64,000 nt of DNA from contig OZ245365.1 of assembly GCA_965226495.1 (NCBI GenBank), forward strand, positions 6,176,001 to 6,240,000, read 5' to 3'. The notes under the pieces were generated by a model. That model was not told where the DNA came from. It ran no database searches and saw only the letters and a list, made by a program, of their open reading frames with translations. The position numbers were made by a program, and so were the translations under genes. Numbering within the stretch: position 1 is the first letter of the stretch; each line of letters starts with the position of its first letter. This DNA is from Candidatus Marinacidobacterales bacterium. Its GTDB lineage: Bacteria > Acidobacteriota > Vicinamibacteria > Marinacidobacterales > DATDRI01. This document shows positions 31,611 through 40,935 of this stretch, piece by piece.

Positions 31611-32078
31611 CGCGACGCCTGGGGTGGGGCCCCAGGCGACTGATTGCCGAGCCTTCAGCCCGCGCAGTCGCCGCCGGCCGCAGCGAAGTTTGCCGAGCGG
31701 AGGCCCGGCGCCGAACGAAGAGTGAGGACCCGACAGACGGATGCCGACGGAGCGCGACGCCTGGGGGTGGGGCCCCAGGCGACTGATTGCCGAGCCTTCA
31801 GCCCGCGCGCAGTCGCCGCCGGCCGCAGCGAAGTTTGCCGAGCGGAGGCCCGGCGCCGAACGAAGAGTGAGGACCCGACAGACGGATGCCGACGGAGCGC
31901 GACGCCTGGGGGTGGGGCCCCAGGCGACTGATTGCCGAGCCTTCAGCCCGCGCGCAGTCGCCGCCGGCCGCAGCGAAGTTTGCCGAGCGGAGGCCCGGCG
32001 CCGAACGAAGAGTGAGGACCCGACAGACGGATGCCGACGGAGCGCGACGCCTGGGGGTGGGGCCCCAGGCGACTGATT
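31611..32078. repeat. Tandem array of ~145-bp hairpin-containing units (3 full + 1 partial)
   Basis: Units start 31611, 31753, 31898, 32043; each has the CGCCTGGGG..CCCCAGGCG hairpin. Confidence 0.95.
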
Positions 32079-32079
32079 A

Positions 32080-32955
32080 ATGGCCGATCCAAAGAAACGA
32101 CTCGCGGGAAACGTCGTCGGCCCTTGGTTCGTTGATTCTTCGTGCATCGACTGCGACGCTTGCCGGCAGTTGGCACCTGATGTGTTCTCCGACGGACCTG
32201 GATATGCCTTAGTCGCACGACAGCCCGTCGGCCCCGACTCCCCGGACTCTGATGACCGGCTCGGTGCCCTCCGCGCGATGGTTGCCTGTCCGGTAGGGGC
32301 CATCGGAAGCGAAGAATCGACCGCGGTGCCTCCCGGGTTGTTCCCGATGCTCCTCGAGGACGGAGTCTTCTATTGTGGCTACAACTCGGAGGACTCATAC
32401 GGAGCCAATAGTTTCTTCGTTGAGCGTCCGGAGGGGAACATTCTCGTCGACTCGCCACGATGGGCGAAGCTCTTGGTTCGTGAGCTCGAAGAGCGAGGCG
32501 GCATCTCAGACATCTTGCTAACCCATCAAGATGACGTAGCAGACGCCGGTCGCTATCACGAGCATTTCGAAGCCCGGGTGTGGATTCACGAGGCGGAGCG
32601 CCGATCCGCGCCTTACGCTACCCATCTACTCGAGAGTGAAGCGCCGAAGGAGATCAGTCCAGGTCTACTTGCCATCCCGGTTCCGGGACACACCCGGGGA
32701 AGCACGATGTTTCTCTTGGAACAGAAGTTTCTCTTTACTGGCGACTCACTCTACTGGAGCAGACGGCGGGGCGGGCTAGCCGCCTCGAAGAGCTACTGTT
32801 GGTATTCGTGGGACAAACAAGTGGAATCGTTGATCCGGCTAGCAGACTACCGCTTCGAGTGGGTGCTCGCCGGGCACGGAGAACGCATTCGACTATCGCC
32901 CAATGAGGCACGCGAGAGCCTGATGGCCCTAACGAGTCGATTCTCTCGCGTATGA
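32080..32955 (+). CDS. Ferredoxin-fused metallo-beta-lactamase-fold hydrolase
   Basis: CIDCDACRQLAP..ACPVGAI; LTHQDDVAD, PGHTRGS, FTGD, LAGHG. Confidence 0.92.
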   Translation: MADPKKRLAGNVVGPWFVDSSCIDCDACRQLAPDVFSDGPGYALVARQPVGPDSPDSDDRLGALRAMVACPVGAIGSEESTAVPPGLFPMLLEDGVFYCGYNSEDSYGANSFFVERPEGNILVDSPRWAKLLVRELEERGGISDILLTHQDDVADAGRYHEHFEARVWIHEAERRSAPYATHLLESEAPKEISPGLLAIPVPGHTRGSTMFLLEQKFLFTGDSLYWSRRRGGLAASKSYCWYSWDKQVESLIRLADYRFEWVLAGHGERIRLSPNEARESLMALTSRFSRV

Positions 32956-34121
32956 ACTTCCGCGCTCTATTCGCTCTCGCCACCGCTCACTTCCTCGGAG
33001 ACTCCTATGCCAGTTTCCTGGCCCCTCTTCTCCCGGCACTGATCATTCGACACGGACTGGATCTGAAGGAGGCCGGACTTCTGGCCGCGGTGTTGTCGAC
33101 CGCGAGTCATCTGATGCAACCGGCCTGGGGCTTTCTGGCAGACCGCTGGCCGGGCCGCCGTTTCGCGGTTGCGGGACCCCTTTTGATGGCGATCTGCATC
33201 AGTACCATTGGCTTGGCTCCGAGCTTGGGTTTCCTTGTCCTCGCGCTGGCCGTCGGTGGTAGCGGGATGGCCGCCTTTCATCCCGAAGCCGCTTCTTTGG
33301 CTCGTCAGTCGAGCGGCTCCCGTCCGGCGCTCGGAATGTCGCTCTTCATTAGTGGAGGGAACCTGGGCTTTGCTTTTGGCCCGGTGGTCGTAACCAGTTT
33401 GGTTGCCGCCTTCGGTCTCGGCGGAACCATCTGGGGCATGATACCCGGAGTTGTCGGCGCTCTTATCTTGCTCAAGCTGGTTCCGGCCCCCGCGAACGTC
33501 GCAGAGAGATCCACCGCCAGAAATGCGATCTCCGCAGCGCCTTCTTCTCCCACGATGAAAGCGCTGGTGAACCTTTGGGCAATTTCCATCTTGCGCGGCC
33601 TGGTCACGGTGAGCTTCCTGACATTCTTGCCAATCCTCTTTGCGAGTCGGGGGCTCAGCCTAACTATGGGCGGTCAGTTAGTTACTCTATTTCTCCTTGC
33701 CGGAGCGATCGGGGGCGTCCTGGGAGGCTTTGCCGCCGAGAGGTTCGGAAGCAAACGCATGATGGGTACGACCCTCGCGCTGGTAACGCCGATTCTCCTA
33801 TGTGCGATTTGGACAAGTGGTGTCGTGCAAGGAACGGCCCTGCTGGTGGGCGGGGTTTTGCTGGTCGCTTCCCATCCGGTGAACGTCAGTCTCGCTCAGT
33901 CCCTCGCCCCTAATCGAGCCGGCACGGCGGCCGCGTTCATGATTGGTGTGGCGATGGGTGTTTCCGGTCTTCTCATGCCGGTGGTCGGGGCTGCCGCAGA
34001 CGCGTACGGCATCGAAAAGGCTCTTACGGTTTTGGCGTTCGGTCCATTTTTCGGATCCATCCTCGTGATACCGCTTCCCAAGGCGGTGCCTCGGAATACC
34101 ACCGTATCACCGCTTCCATAG
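32952..34121 (+). CDS. MFS transporter (Fsr-like)
   Basis: HFLGD.Y, QPAWGFLADR, AAFHPEA, GGNLGFA.GP. Confidence 0.9.
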   Translation: MNFRALFALATAHFLGDSYASFLAPLLPALIIRHGLDLKEAGLLAAVLSTASHLMQPAWGFLADRWPGRRFAVAGPLLMAICISTIGLAPSLGFLVLALAVGGSGMAAFHPEAASLARQSSGSRPALGMSLFISGGNLGFAFGPVVVTSLVAAFGLGGTIWGMIPGVVGALILLKLVPAPANVAERSTARNAISAAPSSPTMKALVNLWAISILRGLVTVSFLTFLPILFASRGLSLTMGGQLVTLFLLAGAIGGVLGGFAAERFGSKRMMGTTLALVTPILLCAIWTSGVVQGTALLVGGVLLVASHPVNVSLAQSLAPNRAGTAAAFMIGVAMGVSGLLMPVVGAAADAYGIEKALTVLAFGPFFGSILVIPLPKAVPRNTTVSPLP

Positions 34122-34155
34122 TTGGCTTGAGATATGATCAGTTTCGGGAGGTAAA

Positions 34156-35193
34156 GTGAATAACCGATTTCTAGACGCCTGTCAGCGCAAGCCGGTAGAT
34201 GCGACGCCGGTGTGGTACATGAGACAAGCGGGGCGTTACATGCCGGAGTATCGGGAGCTTCGCACCAAGCACGCGCTTCTCGAAATCTGTCGCACCCCCG
34301 AGCTCGCGGTTACCGTTACGCTACAGCCTTTGGCCCGCTTGAACGTGGATGCCGCGATCTTGTTTTCAGATCTTCTTATTCCTCTCAAACCGATGGGCAT
34401 CGATTTCGATTTCGTGAAGGGTGAAGGACCTCAGATCGACAATCCGATACGGGGTAGGGAAGATGTGGACCGGCTTCGAGAGTTCGAGCCACGAGAGGAG
34501 CTAGGGTTCACGATGGACGCGATTCGCCTGCTCCGTAAAGAGCTCGAGGGTAAAGTTCCACTAATCGGATTCGCCGGGGCGCCTTTTACATTGGCGTCCT
34601 ACTTGATAGAGGGAAGCTCTTCCCGCAGTTTCGAGAAGACCAAGTCTCTGATGTACGCCGATCCCGAGAGTTGGCATAGGTTGGCTTCTAAGTTGGCCTC
34701 GATGGTTCGGGACTATCTTCTCGCGCAGGTCGAGGCCGGCGCCCAAGCGGTGCAGATATTCGATTCCTGGGCCGGCATCTTGTCACCCGAGGACTATCGT
34801 GAGTTCGTGTTACCACACAGTCAGGCCGTCATAGAAGGCCTGAAGGATACAACAGGCTCATCGGTCCCGGTAATTCACTTTGCAACCGGGAGTACCGGCT
34901 TGCTCCACCTTATTCGCAAGGCTGGAGGAGACGTCATCGGCCTCGACTGGCGCGTCGATCTCGACGTGGGTTGGGACATCGTAGGTAACGACGTTGCGGT
35001 TCAGGGCAACCTCGATCCAGCATTTCTCCTGGGTCCGCCCGAGCTTGCCTTTCGGCGAGCCGACGACATCTTGGCTCGCGCTGGCTCACGCTCCGGCCAC
35101 ATCTTCAATCTCGGCCACGGAATTCTTCCCACCACACCCGTCGAAACGGCGGCCGCCCTGATCGAGCATGTCCATCGGAAAACCGCACGATGA
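34156..35193 (+). CDS. hemE: Uroporphyrinogen decarboxylase
   Basis: PVWYMRQAGRYMPEY, AAILFSD, QIFDSW, FNLGHG. Confidence 0.98.
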   Translation: MNNRFLDACQRKPVDATPVWYMRQAGRYMPEYRELRTKHALLEICRTPELAVTVTLQPLARLNVDAAILFSDLLIPLKPMGIDFDFVKGEGPQIDNPIRGREDVDRLREFEPREELGFTMDAIRLLRKELEGKVPLIGFAGAPFTLASYLIEGSSSRSFEKTKSLMYADPESWHRLASKLASMVRDYLLAQVEAGAQAVQIFDSWAGILSPEDYREFVLPHSQAVIEGLKDTTGSSVPVIHFATGSTGLLHLIRKAGGDVIGLDWRVDLDVGWDIVGNDVAVQGNLDPAFLLGPPELAFRRADDILARAGSRSGHIFNLGHGILPTTPVETAAALIEHVHRKTAR

Positions 35194-36086
35194 TCGCGGT
35201 CCTGATGATGGCGCATGGAACGCCTGACTCGGTCGACCAGATGGAAGCGTATCTAACGCGTGTTCGAGGTGGTCGTCGACCGTCCGCCGAACTCCTGAAG
35301 GAAATGATCGGTAACTACACCGCGATCGGTGGCCGGTCTCCGCTAACGGAGCTGACCCACGCGCAGGCACGAGCCGTCGAGGCGAAGCTCGGCGAGCCGT
35401 TTCGAGTCTTCGTGGGAATGCGCAACTGGCACCCTTATATAGAGGATGCGGCGAAGGAGATCGTTGACCAAGGGGCGGAGAAGTGCATTGGTATGCCCAT
35501 GGCCCCACAGTACTCGGAGTTGAGCGTCAAGAAGTATTTGGACGAGGCGCAACGGGTCGTCCCCGCCGAGGTTCCCCTCGAGCTGGTTCAATCTTGGTAC
35601 GATCATCCGGGTCTGCTGGACGCGTTCGCCGAGAAACTGAGTTTGGCGCAAGAAATCTGGGGCGTGCCGGAAGAAGTGATCCTCACCGCGCATAGTCTGC
35701 CCGAGCGAGTAAAAGATGTCCCGGGACCGGAGAGTCCGGCGTACCCTGTCCAATTTCAGAAAACCGCCGAAGGTGTTGCGCAAAGGGTTGGATTGAAGCG
35801 CTTTCACATCGCTTACCAGAGTGCGGGTCGGACTCCCGAGCCTTGGCTAGGCCCGGAGCTATCGCAAGTTCTGGAGGAGTTGGCCCGGCAGGGAACAAAG
35901 CGCGTGCTGGTCGTGCCAGTCGGCTTCGTGTGCGATCACACCGAGATCCTTTTCGATATCGATCAACAAGCCAAGGCGTTGGCCGAGGGACTGGGAATAG
36001 AGCTCGCGCGCACCGAGTCACTCAATACCTCCCCGCGGTTCATCGAGGCGGTGGCGGACATCATTCGCTCTCGTGTCGATTCGTGA
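35190..36086 (+). CDS. hemH: Ferrochelatase (probably coproporphyrin III type)
   Basis: IGGRSPL, GMRNWHP, PQYS, TAHSLP, YQS..WLGP, GFVCDHTEILFDID. Confidence 0.95.
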   Translation: MIAVLMMAHGTPDSVDQMEAYLTRVRGGRRPSAELLKEMIGNYTAIGGRSPLTELTHAQARAVEAKLGEPFRVFVGMRNWHPYIEDAAKEIVDQGAEKCIGMPMAPQYSELSVKKYLDEAQRVVPAEVPLELVQSWYDHPGLLDAFAEKLSLAQEIWGVPEEVILTAHSLPERVKDVPGPESPAYPVQFQKTAEGVAQRVGLKRFHIAYQSAGRTPEPWLGPELSQVLEELARQGTKRVLVVPVGFVCDHTEILFDIDQQAKALAEGLGIELARTESLNTSPRFIEAVADIIRSRVDS

Positions 36087-37486
36087 AACGCACTTCGGTC
36101 GTTGTCATCGGTGGCGGAATCACTGGTCTCGCTGCCGCTTATACCCTTGCTCGTAAGTCGATCGATTTCCTACTCCTCGAAAAAGAGCCAAGGCTCGGCG
36201 GCACGATTCGTACCGAGCGCGAGGCGGGGTTCTTGTTGGATACCGGGCCCGACGCATTCCTCGCTCAAAAGCCGGACGGCGTAGCTCTCTGCCGGGAGCT
36301 CGGTCTCGAAAAACGCTTGATTCCAACCAATCCGGCCGAACGAGCGGTCTACGTGCTACACGGCGGTCGTTTGCATCCGCTTCCCGAAGGAATGGTGTTA
36401 ACGGTGCCCACCCGGATTCTCCCTCTGGTGTCTTCGAGTTTATTTTCCCTTGCAGGGAAAGTGAGGATGGCACTCGATCTTCTGATACCGGCGCGGACGG
36501 GACCGGATGAGTCCATCGCTTCTTTTGTGAGGCGCAGGCTAGGGCAAGAGGCCCTGGAACGACTGGCCGAGCCTCTTCTCGCAGGAATCCATTCCGGCGA
36601 CCCGGAGCGGCTCTCGATGAGTTTCCTTTTTCCGCGTTTCGTCGAGCTCGAGAAGAAGCACGGAAGTCTCATTCGGGGAATGCGCAAAGCTGCCCCTCGA
36701 AGAACTCCCGACAAGAAAGGTGGACTGGCGGCCTCGGTCTTCCTGTCGCTCGCGGGCGGCCTCGGTGAGTTGGTGGATGCGATTGCCGAGAGACTTCCCG
36801 AGGACTCGCTCCTCAAAGGAGAAGGGGTCCGAGCGCTTCGGAAGGACGGGGAGGGTTACTGCTTGCGGCTTGATTCGGGTGAGGAAATCTCTGCCTCCGC
36901 CTGCGTGATGGCGGCTCCGCTGCGGGTGGCGGAACGGCTGGTCGAAAACGTCTCCTCCGACATCGCCGACTTGCTCATAGGTATCCCGACGGTTTCTACC
37001 GCGGTCGTCTTCTTGGGTTTTCCCCGTGAACAGGTTCGCCATCCTCTCAATGGGTATGGTTTCGTCGTACCACGCACCGAGGGACGTCGGATTCTGGCCG
37101 CGACGTTCGTGTCTTCGAAGTTCGCGAACCGTGCCCCAAGCTCTCATGTGCTTCTGCGAGCTTTTTTGGGTGGAGCGAGAGATCCGGACGTGCTCGGACT
37201 CTCAGACACCGCGCTCGTCGACCTGGCGGTGCGCGAGCTCGGTGGAATTCTTGGCTCGCTCGGAGAGCCATCTTTCTCGAGAGTGCGCCGCTGGCAACAC
37301 GGCACACCTCAAGTAGAAGTGGGTCATGCGGATCGCCTGGCGGCTATCGAAGCCCGGCTAAAGGAAATGCCTGGCCTGGAGCTCGCAGGGAATGGAATCC
37401 GTGGAGTCGGTATTCCCGACTGCATTGCGGATGGGCGCGGTAGTGCCGAGGCGGCCGTGCAATTTCTGGAAAGCGGGGGCGCGTGA
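36083..37486 (+). CDS. hemG: HemY-type proto/coproporphyrinogen oxidase
   Basis: VIGGGITGLAAA, RLGG, TGPDAF, EPLLAGIHSGD, GYGFVVP, GVGIPDCI; GTG overlaps the hemH stop. Confidence 0.95.
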   Translation: MKRTSVVVIGGGITGLAAAYTLARKSIDFLLLEKEPRLGGTIRTEREAGFLLDTGPDAFLAQKPDGVALCRELGLEKRLIPTNPAERAVYVLHGGRLHPLPEGMVLTVPTRILPLVSSSLFSLAGKVRMALDLLIPARTGPDESIASFVRRRLGQEALERLAEPLLAGIHSGDPERLSMSFLFPRFVELEKKHGSLIRGMRKAAPRRTPDKKGGLAASVFLSLAGGLGELVDAIAERLPEDSLLKGEGVRALRKDGEGYCLRLDSGEEISASACVMAAPLRVAERLVENVSSDIADLLIGIPTVSTAVVFLGFPREQVRHPLNGYGFVVPRTEGRRILAATFVSSKFANRAPSSHVLLRAFLGGARDPDVLGLSDTALVDLAVRELGGILGSLGEPSFSRVRRWQHGTPQVEVGHADRLAAIEARLKEMPGLELAGNGIRGVGIPDCIADGRGSAEAAVQFLESGGA

Positions 37487-37517
37487 GTCAACGGCGGAAG
37501 TTTGAAGTCAGCCGAAA

Positions 37518-37591
37518 TGGCTGGGAAGCAGGGATTCGAACCCCGATTCCGTGGTCCAGAGCCACGTGTCCTACCATTGGACGACTTCCCA
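37518..37591 (-). tRNA. tRNA-Gln (CTG)
   Basis: Acceptor TGGGAAG/CTTCCCA, anticodon loop CTCTGGA, GGTTCGAATCC, encoded CCA. Confidence 0.96.
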
Positions 37592-37665
37592 AACAACCGA
37601 GTCGTGTCCAGCATAGCGGCGGCCAGGCAAATTTGTCAACGAATTGAAGCCCACCTTCATTTACT

Positions 37666-37821
37666 CCCTCTCCCTCAGGGGAGGGCCGGGGTGAGGGTGG
37701 CATGTTGGTCTCTTCATTCTTTCCCCCCTCTCCCTCAGGGAGAGGGCCGGGGTGAGGGTGGCTGTTGGTCTCTTCATCCTTTCCCCCCTCTCCCTCAGGG
37801 AGAGGGCCGGGGTGAGGGTGG
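37666..37821. repeat. Three ~60-bp tandem REP-like hairpin units between the tRNAs
   Basis: CCCTCTCCCTCAGGG(A)GAGGGCCGGGGTGAGGGTGG x3, period 60. Confidence 0.93.
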
Positions 37822-37870
37822 TTCAACACTTGCCCAAGCCGCTTTACCAAAGCGGTTTACGTAGATCGGA

Positions 37871-37965
37871 TGGCGGAGAGGGAGGGATTCGAACCCTCGA
37901 CACAGGCTCATCACCCGTGTAACTGCTTAGCAGGCAGCCCTGTTCAGCCACTCCAGCACCTCTCC
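37871..37965 (-). tRNA. tRNA-Ser (GCT)
   Basis: GGAGAGG/CCTCTCC acceptor, loop CTGCTAA, long variable arm, GGTTCGAATCC, CCA. Confidence 0.96.
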
Positions 37966-38047
37966 ATCCAGGGGGGGTTGATTCGAGCCGAGCGGCAGAG
38001 CTATCGTACAACCAAAGGGAAGGGCCGGTCAAAGAAACGCGGCGGTG

Positions 38048-38611
38048 TCACGAAGTTTCTATCGCCTTGAATTGATCTTCGGTGATCCCCATCAGCACGA
38101 TGTCGTGGTAGTCCCCCTCGCGAAAGAAGGCCTCCCGTAACCTTCCCTCTTCGACTAATCCCGATTTTTGATAAGAGCGGATGGCGCGCTCGTTGAAATC
38201 GAAGACCTGAAGGCCCACCCGATGTAGGTTCAGTTCGTTGAAACCGAAACCGAGGAGGAGGTCGACGGCTTCTTTTCCGTATCCCTTGCCTAGGTAGTCG
38301 TGGTTTCCGATCACAATCCCTAGCTCACCGGAGCGATTACGCCAATCGATATTGATGAGCCCGGTCGTGCCGATGCAGAGGTCGTTGTCCCGAAGGGAGA
38401 TCACGAAGGCTCGATTCATCGGGTCCTCCCCACCCATTTGTGTCTCTACGAAGCGCTCGGTCTCACGCTGTGTCTGCGGGAAGATGGCCCAGGAAAGGAA
38501 ACGGACGATGAGCGGGTCGTTCACCCAAGCGTGGATGACGGGAACGTCCTGTGGGAGGAACTCTCTTAGGACTACCTTCTTGCCTTCCACGCGGGGCAAA
38601 GGCTCTCTCAA
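38048..38611 (-). CDS. GNAT N-acetyltransferase (RimJ/RimL/SpeG-like)
   Basis: GELGIVIG...GKGYGKEA..GFNELNLHRV..NERAIRSYQK.G..EG.LR. Confidence 0.93.
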   Translation of the reverse strand: MREPLPRVEGKKVVLREFLPQDVPVIHAWVNDPLIVRFLSWAIFPQTQRETERFVETQMGGEDPMNRAFVISLRDNDLCIGTTGLINIDWRNRSGELGIVIGNHDYLGKGYGKEAVDLLLGFGFNELNLHRVGLQVFDFNERAIRSYQKSGLVEEGRLREAFFREGDYHDIVLMGITEDQFKAIETS

Positions 38612-39597
38612 GACGCAGCTTGGAGCTCTCTGAGTCGCTTCTTGGCGTCGGTGACTCCGGGAAGAGAGCCCTCGGCATCCCCCCAAAGCGCGAGGAATTT
38701 CTGATAGTACGAGGCGGCTTCTTCGCTTCGCTCCAGCGCGTCAAGCACTCTCGCCAGCTCGAGTAGGGTCTTCACGTAGTAAACGGGTACGTCGAGCCTC
38801 TGATCTGTAGACTCGACGATCGCTCGATAAGTTGCCGCGGCGTCGACCAGATTCTCCTCGGCGAGGTAAGCGCGGGCAATGGCGTCCTGATAAAGGGGAT
38901 GTGGGAATAGGCCGTTGGCTTTCTCCAGCAGCTCGTGTGCTTTCTTCGGATTGCCTTGGGCGATCGCCAATTCACCTTGCAGATGGTAGACGCGACGCAT
39001 CTGATCGGGCTGCCCCGAGCGTGCGACGGCCTGCTCGAGATCCTGTATCTGGTAGCGCAGGCTTCCCCAGTCGCCCTGCTTGGTGGCAAGGACGCCGGCT
39101 TGGTGGAGCGTGTTCAGGTCGTTCGGACCCAGTTCCAAGGCTGCGACGAAGGCCGCATTCGCCCGACCGAACTGATCGAGCTGGGTAAGTACGTGGCCGG
39201 GATACCAGATCGCGTGCACTTCGGCCGACCGTTCACCCAATTGCTTGGCGAGCTGGGCCTCCTTCTCTGCCTTCGCGAGCGAGGCATCGATGTCGCCTTG
39301 ATAGATATGAGCCCACCCTCCCCACTTGGCTGATTCCATTTGCCAGCGAAGATCCTTCGAGGCGGCGAGCCTCTCGTAGGCCTCGATCGCTTCCCGGTAT
39401 TGGCCGGCGAGCGCGAGACTATGTCCCAGCTCCAGCTGGGCTTCGGGCAAGTCGGGCTGGCTGGCGAGAATTTCCTGGAAGGCAACGATGGCCTCTTCCA
39501 ACTTTCCTTCTTGCCGGAGCTTCTTCCCGGAGTCCAGATCCGGTACGGAACTAGAAATAAACGATGCGAGAATGAGTTGAGTCGTTATGAACATCAT
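38608..39597 (-). CDS. Tetratricopeptide repeat protein
   Basis: Repeated TPR helices; ends YQKFLALWGDA..AKKRL. Confidence 0.85.
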   Translation of the reverse strand: MMFITTQLILASFISSSVPDLDSGKKLRQEGKLEEAIVAFQEILASQPDLPEAQLELGHSLALAGQYREAIEAYERLAASKDLRWQMESAKWGGWAHIYQGDIDASLAKAEKEAQLAKQLGERSAEVHAIWYPGHVLTQLDQFGRANAAFVAALELGPNDLNTLHQAGVLATKQGDWGSLRYQIQDLEQAVARSGQPDQMRRVYHLQGELAIAQGNPKKAHELLEKANGLFPHPLYQDAIARAYLAEENLVDAAATYRAIVESTDQRLDVPVYYVKTLLELARVLDALERSEEAASYYQKFLALWGDAEGSLPGVTDAKKRLRELQAAS

Positions 39598-39691
39598 GGC
39601 CCTCAGATAATCACAACGGGTGGCGAAGAGTCAATGGGGTGTTGGTCGTCGTGTTAGACTCTGTTTCCGCAGGCCCGCGGCCCAGCTTCCG

Positions 39692-40924
39692 ATGAGCGAA
39701 TACCTACCCCGACTCCGAACGACACTGGACATCATGCCGTCGCCCTTTCCCGATCAGCCGGGTATCGTATTGCGGGACCCGTTCGGTTACAGCGAGGAGC
39801 TAGTCCTGATACCGGAGTCTATGCTCACCATCCTGGCCCGCCTCGATGGGGCACACACCGAGCTCGACGTGCGAACGCTTCTCACCCGGCAACGGGGAGG
39901 GCAGCTCGTTGCTCCGGATCATGTGCGGGGATTCGTATCGCTTCTCGACGAAAGAGGGTTCCTGGAAACCGACGCTTTTTTCCAACTTCGCGACGCCAGG
40001 CATTCGGCGTTCGAAACGGCCCGCGAGCGTGTTCCCGCTCATGCCGGAATAGCCTACCCGGAGCTTGAAGAAGAGCTGCGACAAACGTTCGATGAACAGT
40101 TTCAGGACGACACCAAGCCAGAGGTATCGCCGCTCATGGGCTTGGCGGCTCCTCACGTCAGCCCGGAGGGCGGTTGGGCATCGTATACCGCCGCCTATCG
40201 GCAGCTCGATACCTCACTCAGTGATCGGACCTTCGTCATTCTCGGCACATCGCACTACGGTGAGCCCGAGAAATTCGGGCTCACGAAGAAGGCCTTCTCG
40301 ACACCCCTTGGTATTGCCGAGACCGACGTGGAGTTGGTGTCGGCCTTGGCCGAAGGCGCTCCCGGATCGGTGGTGGAGGAGGATTATTGTCACGCCGTCG
40401 AGCATTCGATCGAATTCCAAGTGGTCTTCTTGCAGTACATGATGAGATCTCCAATACGTATTCTTCCGATACTCTGCGGGCCCTTTGTGGAGAGTCTTGC
40501 CACCGGAAAACCGCCCGAGTCTAACGCGGCGGTCGGTCGGTTCTTCGATGCGCTGGCCGAGCTCGGCGACCGCTATCGAGACAGGCTTTTCTGGCTGCTG
40601 GGAGTGGATCTTGCCCACATCGGAGTTCGATACGGAGACTCCGTTGCGGTGCGAGCCGGCGAGGGCCGCATGGCCGAGGTCGCGGAGCAGGACGGTGAAC
40701 GGCTCGAGCAGATATGCGCCGGCGAGGCCGATGCGTTCTTCGAGTTGGTAAAGCCGGGAGCCGACGAGCTCAAGTGGTGTGGGTTTTCACCGATCTATAC
40801 ATTCTTGGCCTCGCTTCGCCGCCTCACCGAAATCCGAGGCCGGGTACTCCACTACGAACAGTGGAATATCGACCCCGAGTCGGTGGTGAGCTTTGCGGGA
40901 CTCGAGTTCGTAGAGAAGTCGTGA
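39692..40924 (+). CDS. MEMO1-family protein (AmmeMemoRadiSam protein B-like) with N-terminal extension
   Basis: AHAG..YP, APH, ILGTSH, HAVEHSIEFQ..FLQ, VDLAHIG, WCG..P. Confidence 0.9.
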   Translation: MSEYLPRLRTTLDIMPSPFPDQPGIVLRDPFGYSEELVLIPESMLTILARLDGAHTELDVRTLLTRQRGGQLVAPDHVRGFVSLLDERGFLETDAFFQLRDARHSAFETARERVPAHAGIAYPELEEELRQTFDEQFQDDTKPEVSPLMGLAAPHVSPEGGWASYTAAYRQLDTSLSDRTFVILGTSHYGEPEKFGLTKKAFSTPLGIAETDVELVSALAEGAPGSVVEEDYCHAVEHSIEFQVVFLQYMMRSPIRILPILCGPFVESLATGKPPESNAAVGRFFDALAELGDRYRDRLFWLLGVDLAHIGVRYGDSVAVRAGEGRMAEVAEQDGERLEQICAGEADAFFELVKPGADELKWCGFSPIYTFLASLRRLTEIRGRVLHYEQWNIDPESVVSFAGLEFVEKS

Positions 40925-40935
40925 ATCGGAAGTGA

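Noticed and set aside
31611-32078. CRISPR array, or the repetitive ORFs 31578-32303 and 31644-32080
   Set aside because: Whole units are identical, with no unique spacers and no cas genes; the ORFs are translations of the repeat
37518-37965. tRNAs as the integration site of the island
   Set aside because: Core genes flank both tRNAs and no duplicated tRNA 3' end was found near the island
37488-38070. ORFs overlapping the tRNAs, and the 60-bp repeat as a mini-CRISPR
   Set aside because: The ORFs are shadows of tRNA and repeat sequence; inter-hairpin segments are near-identical, not spacers
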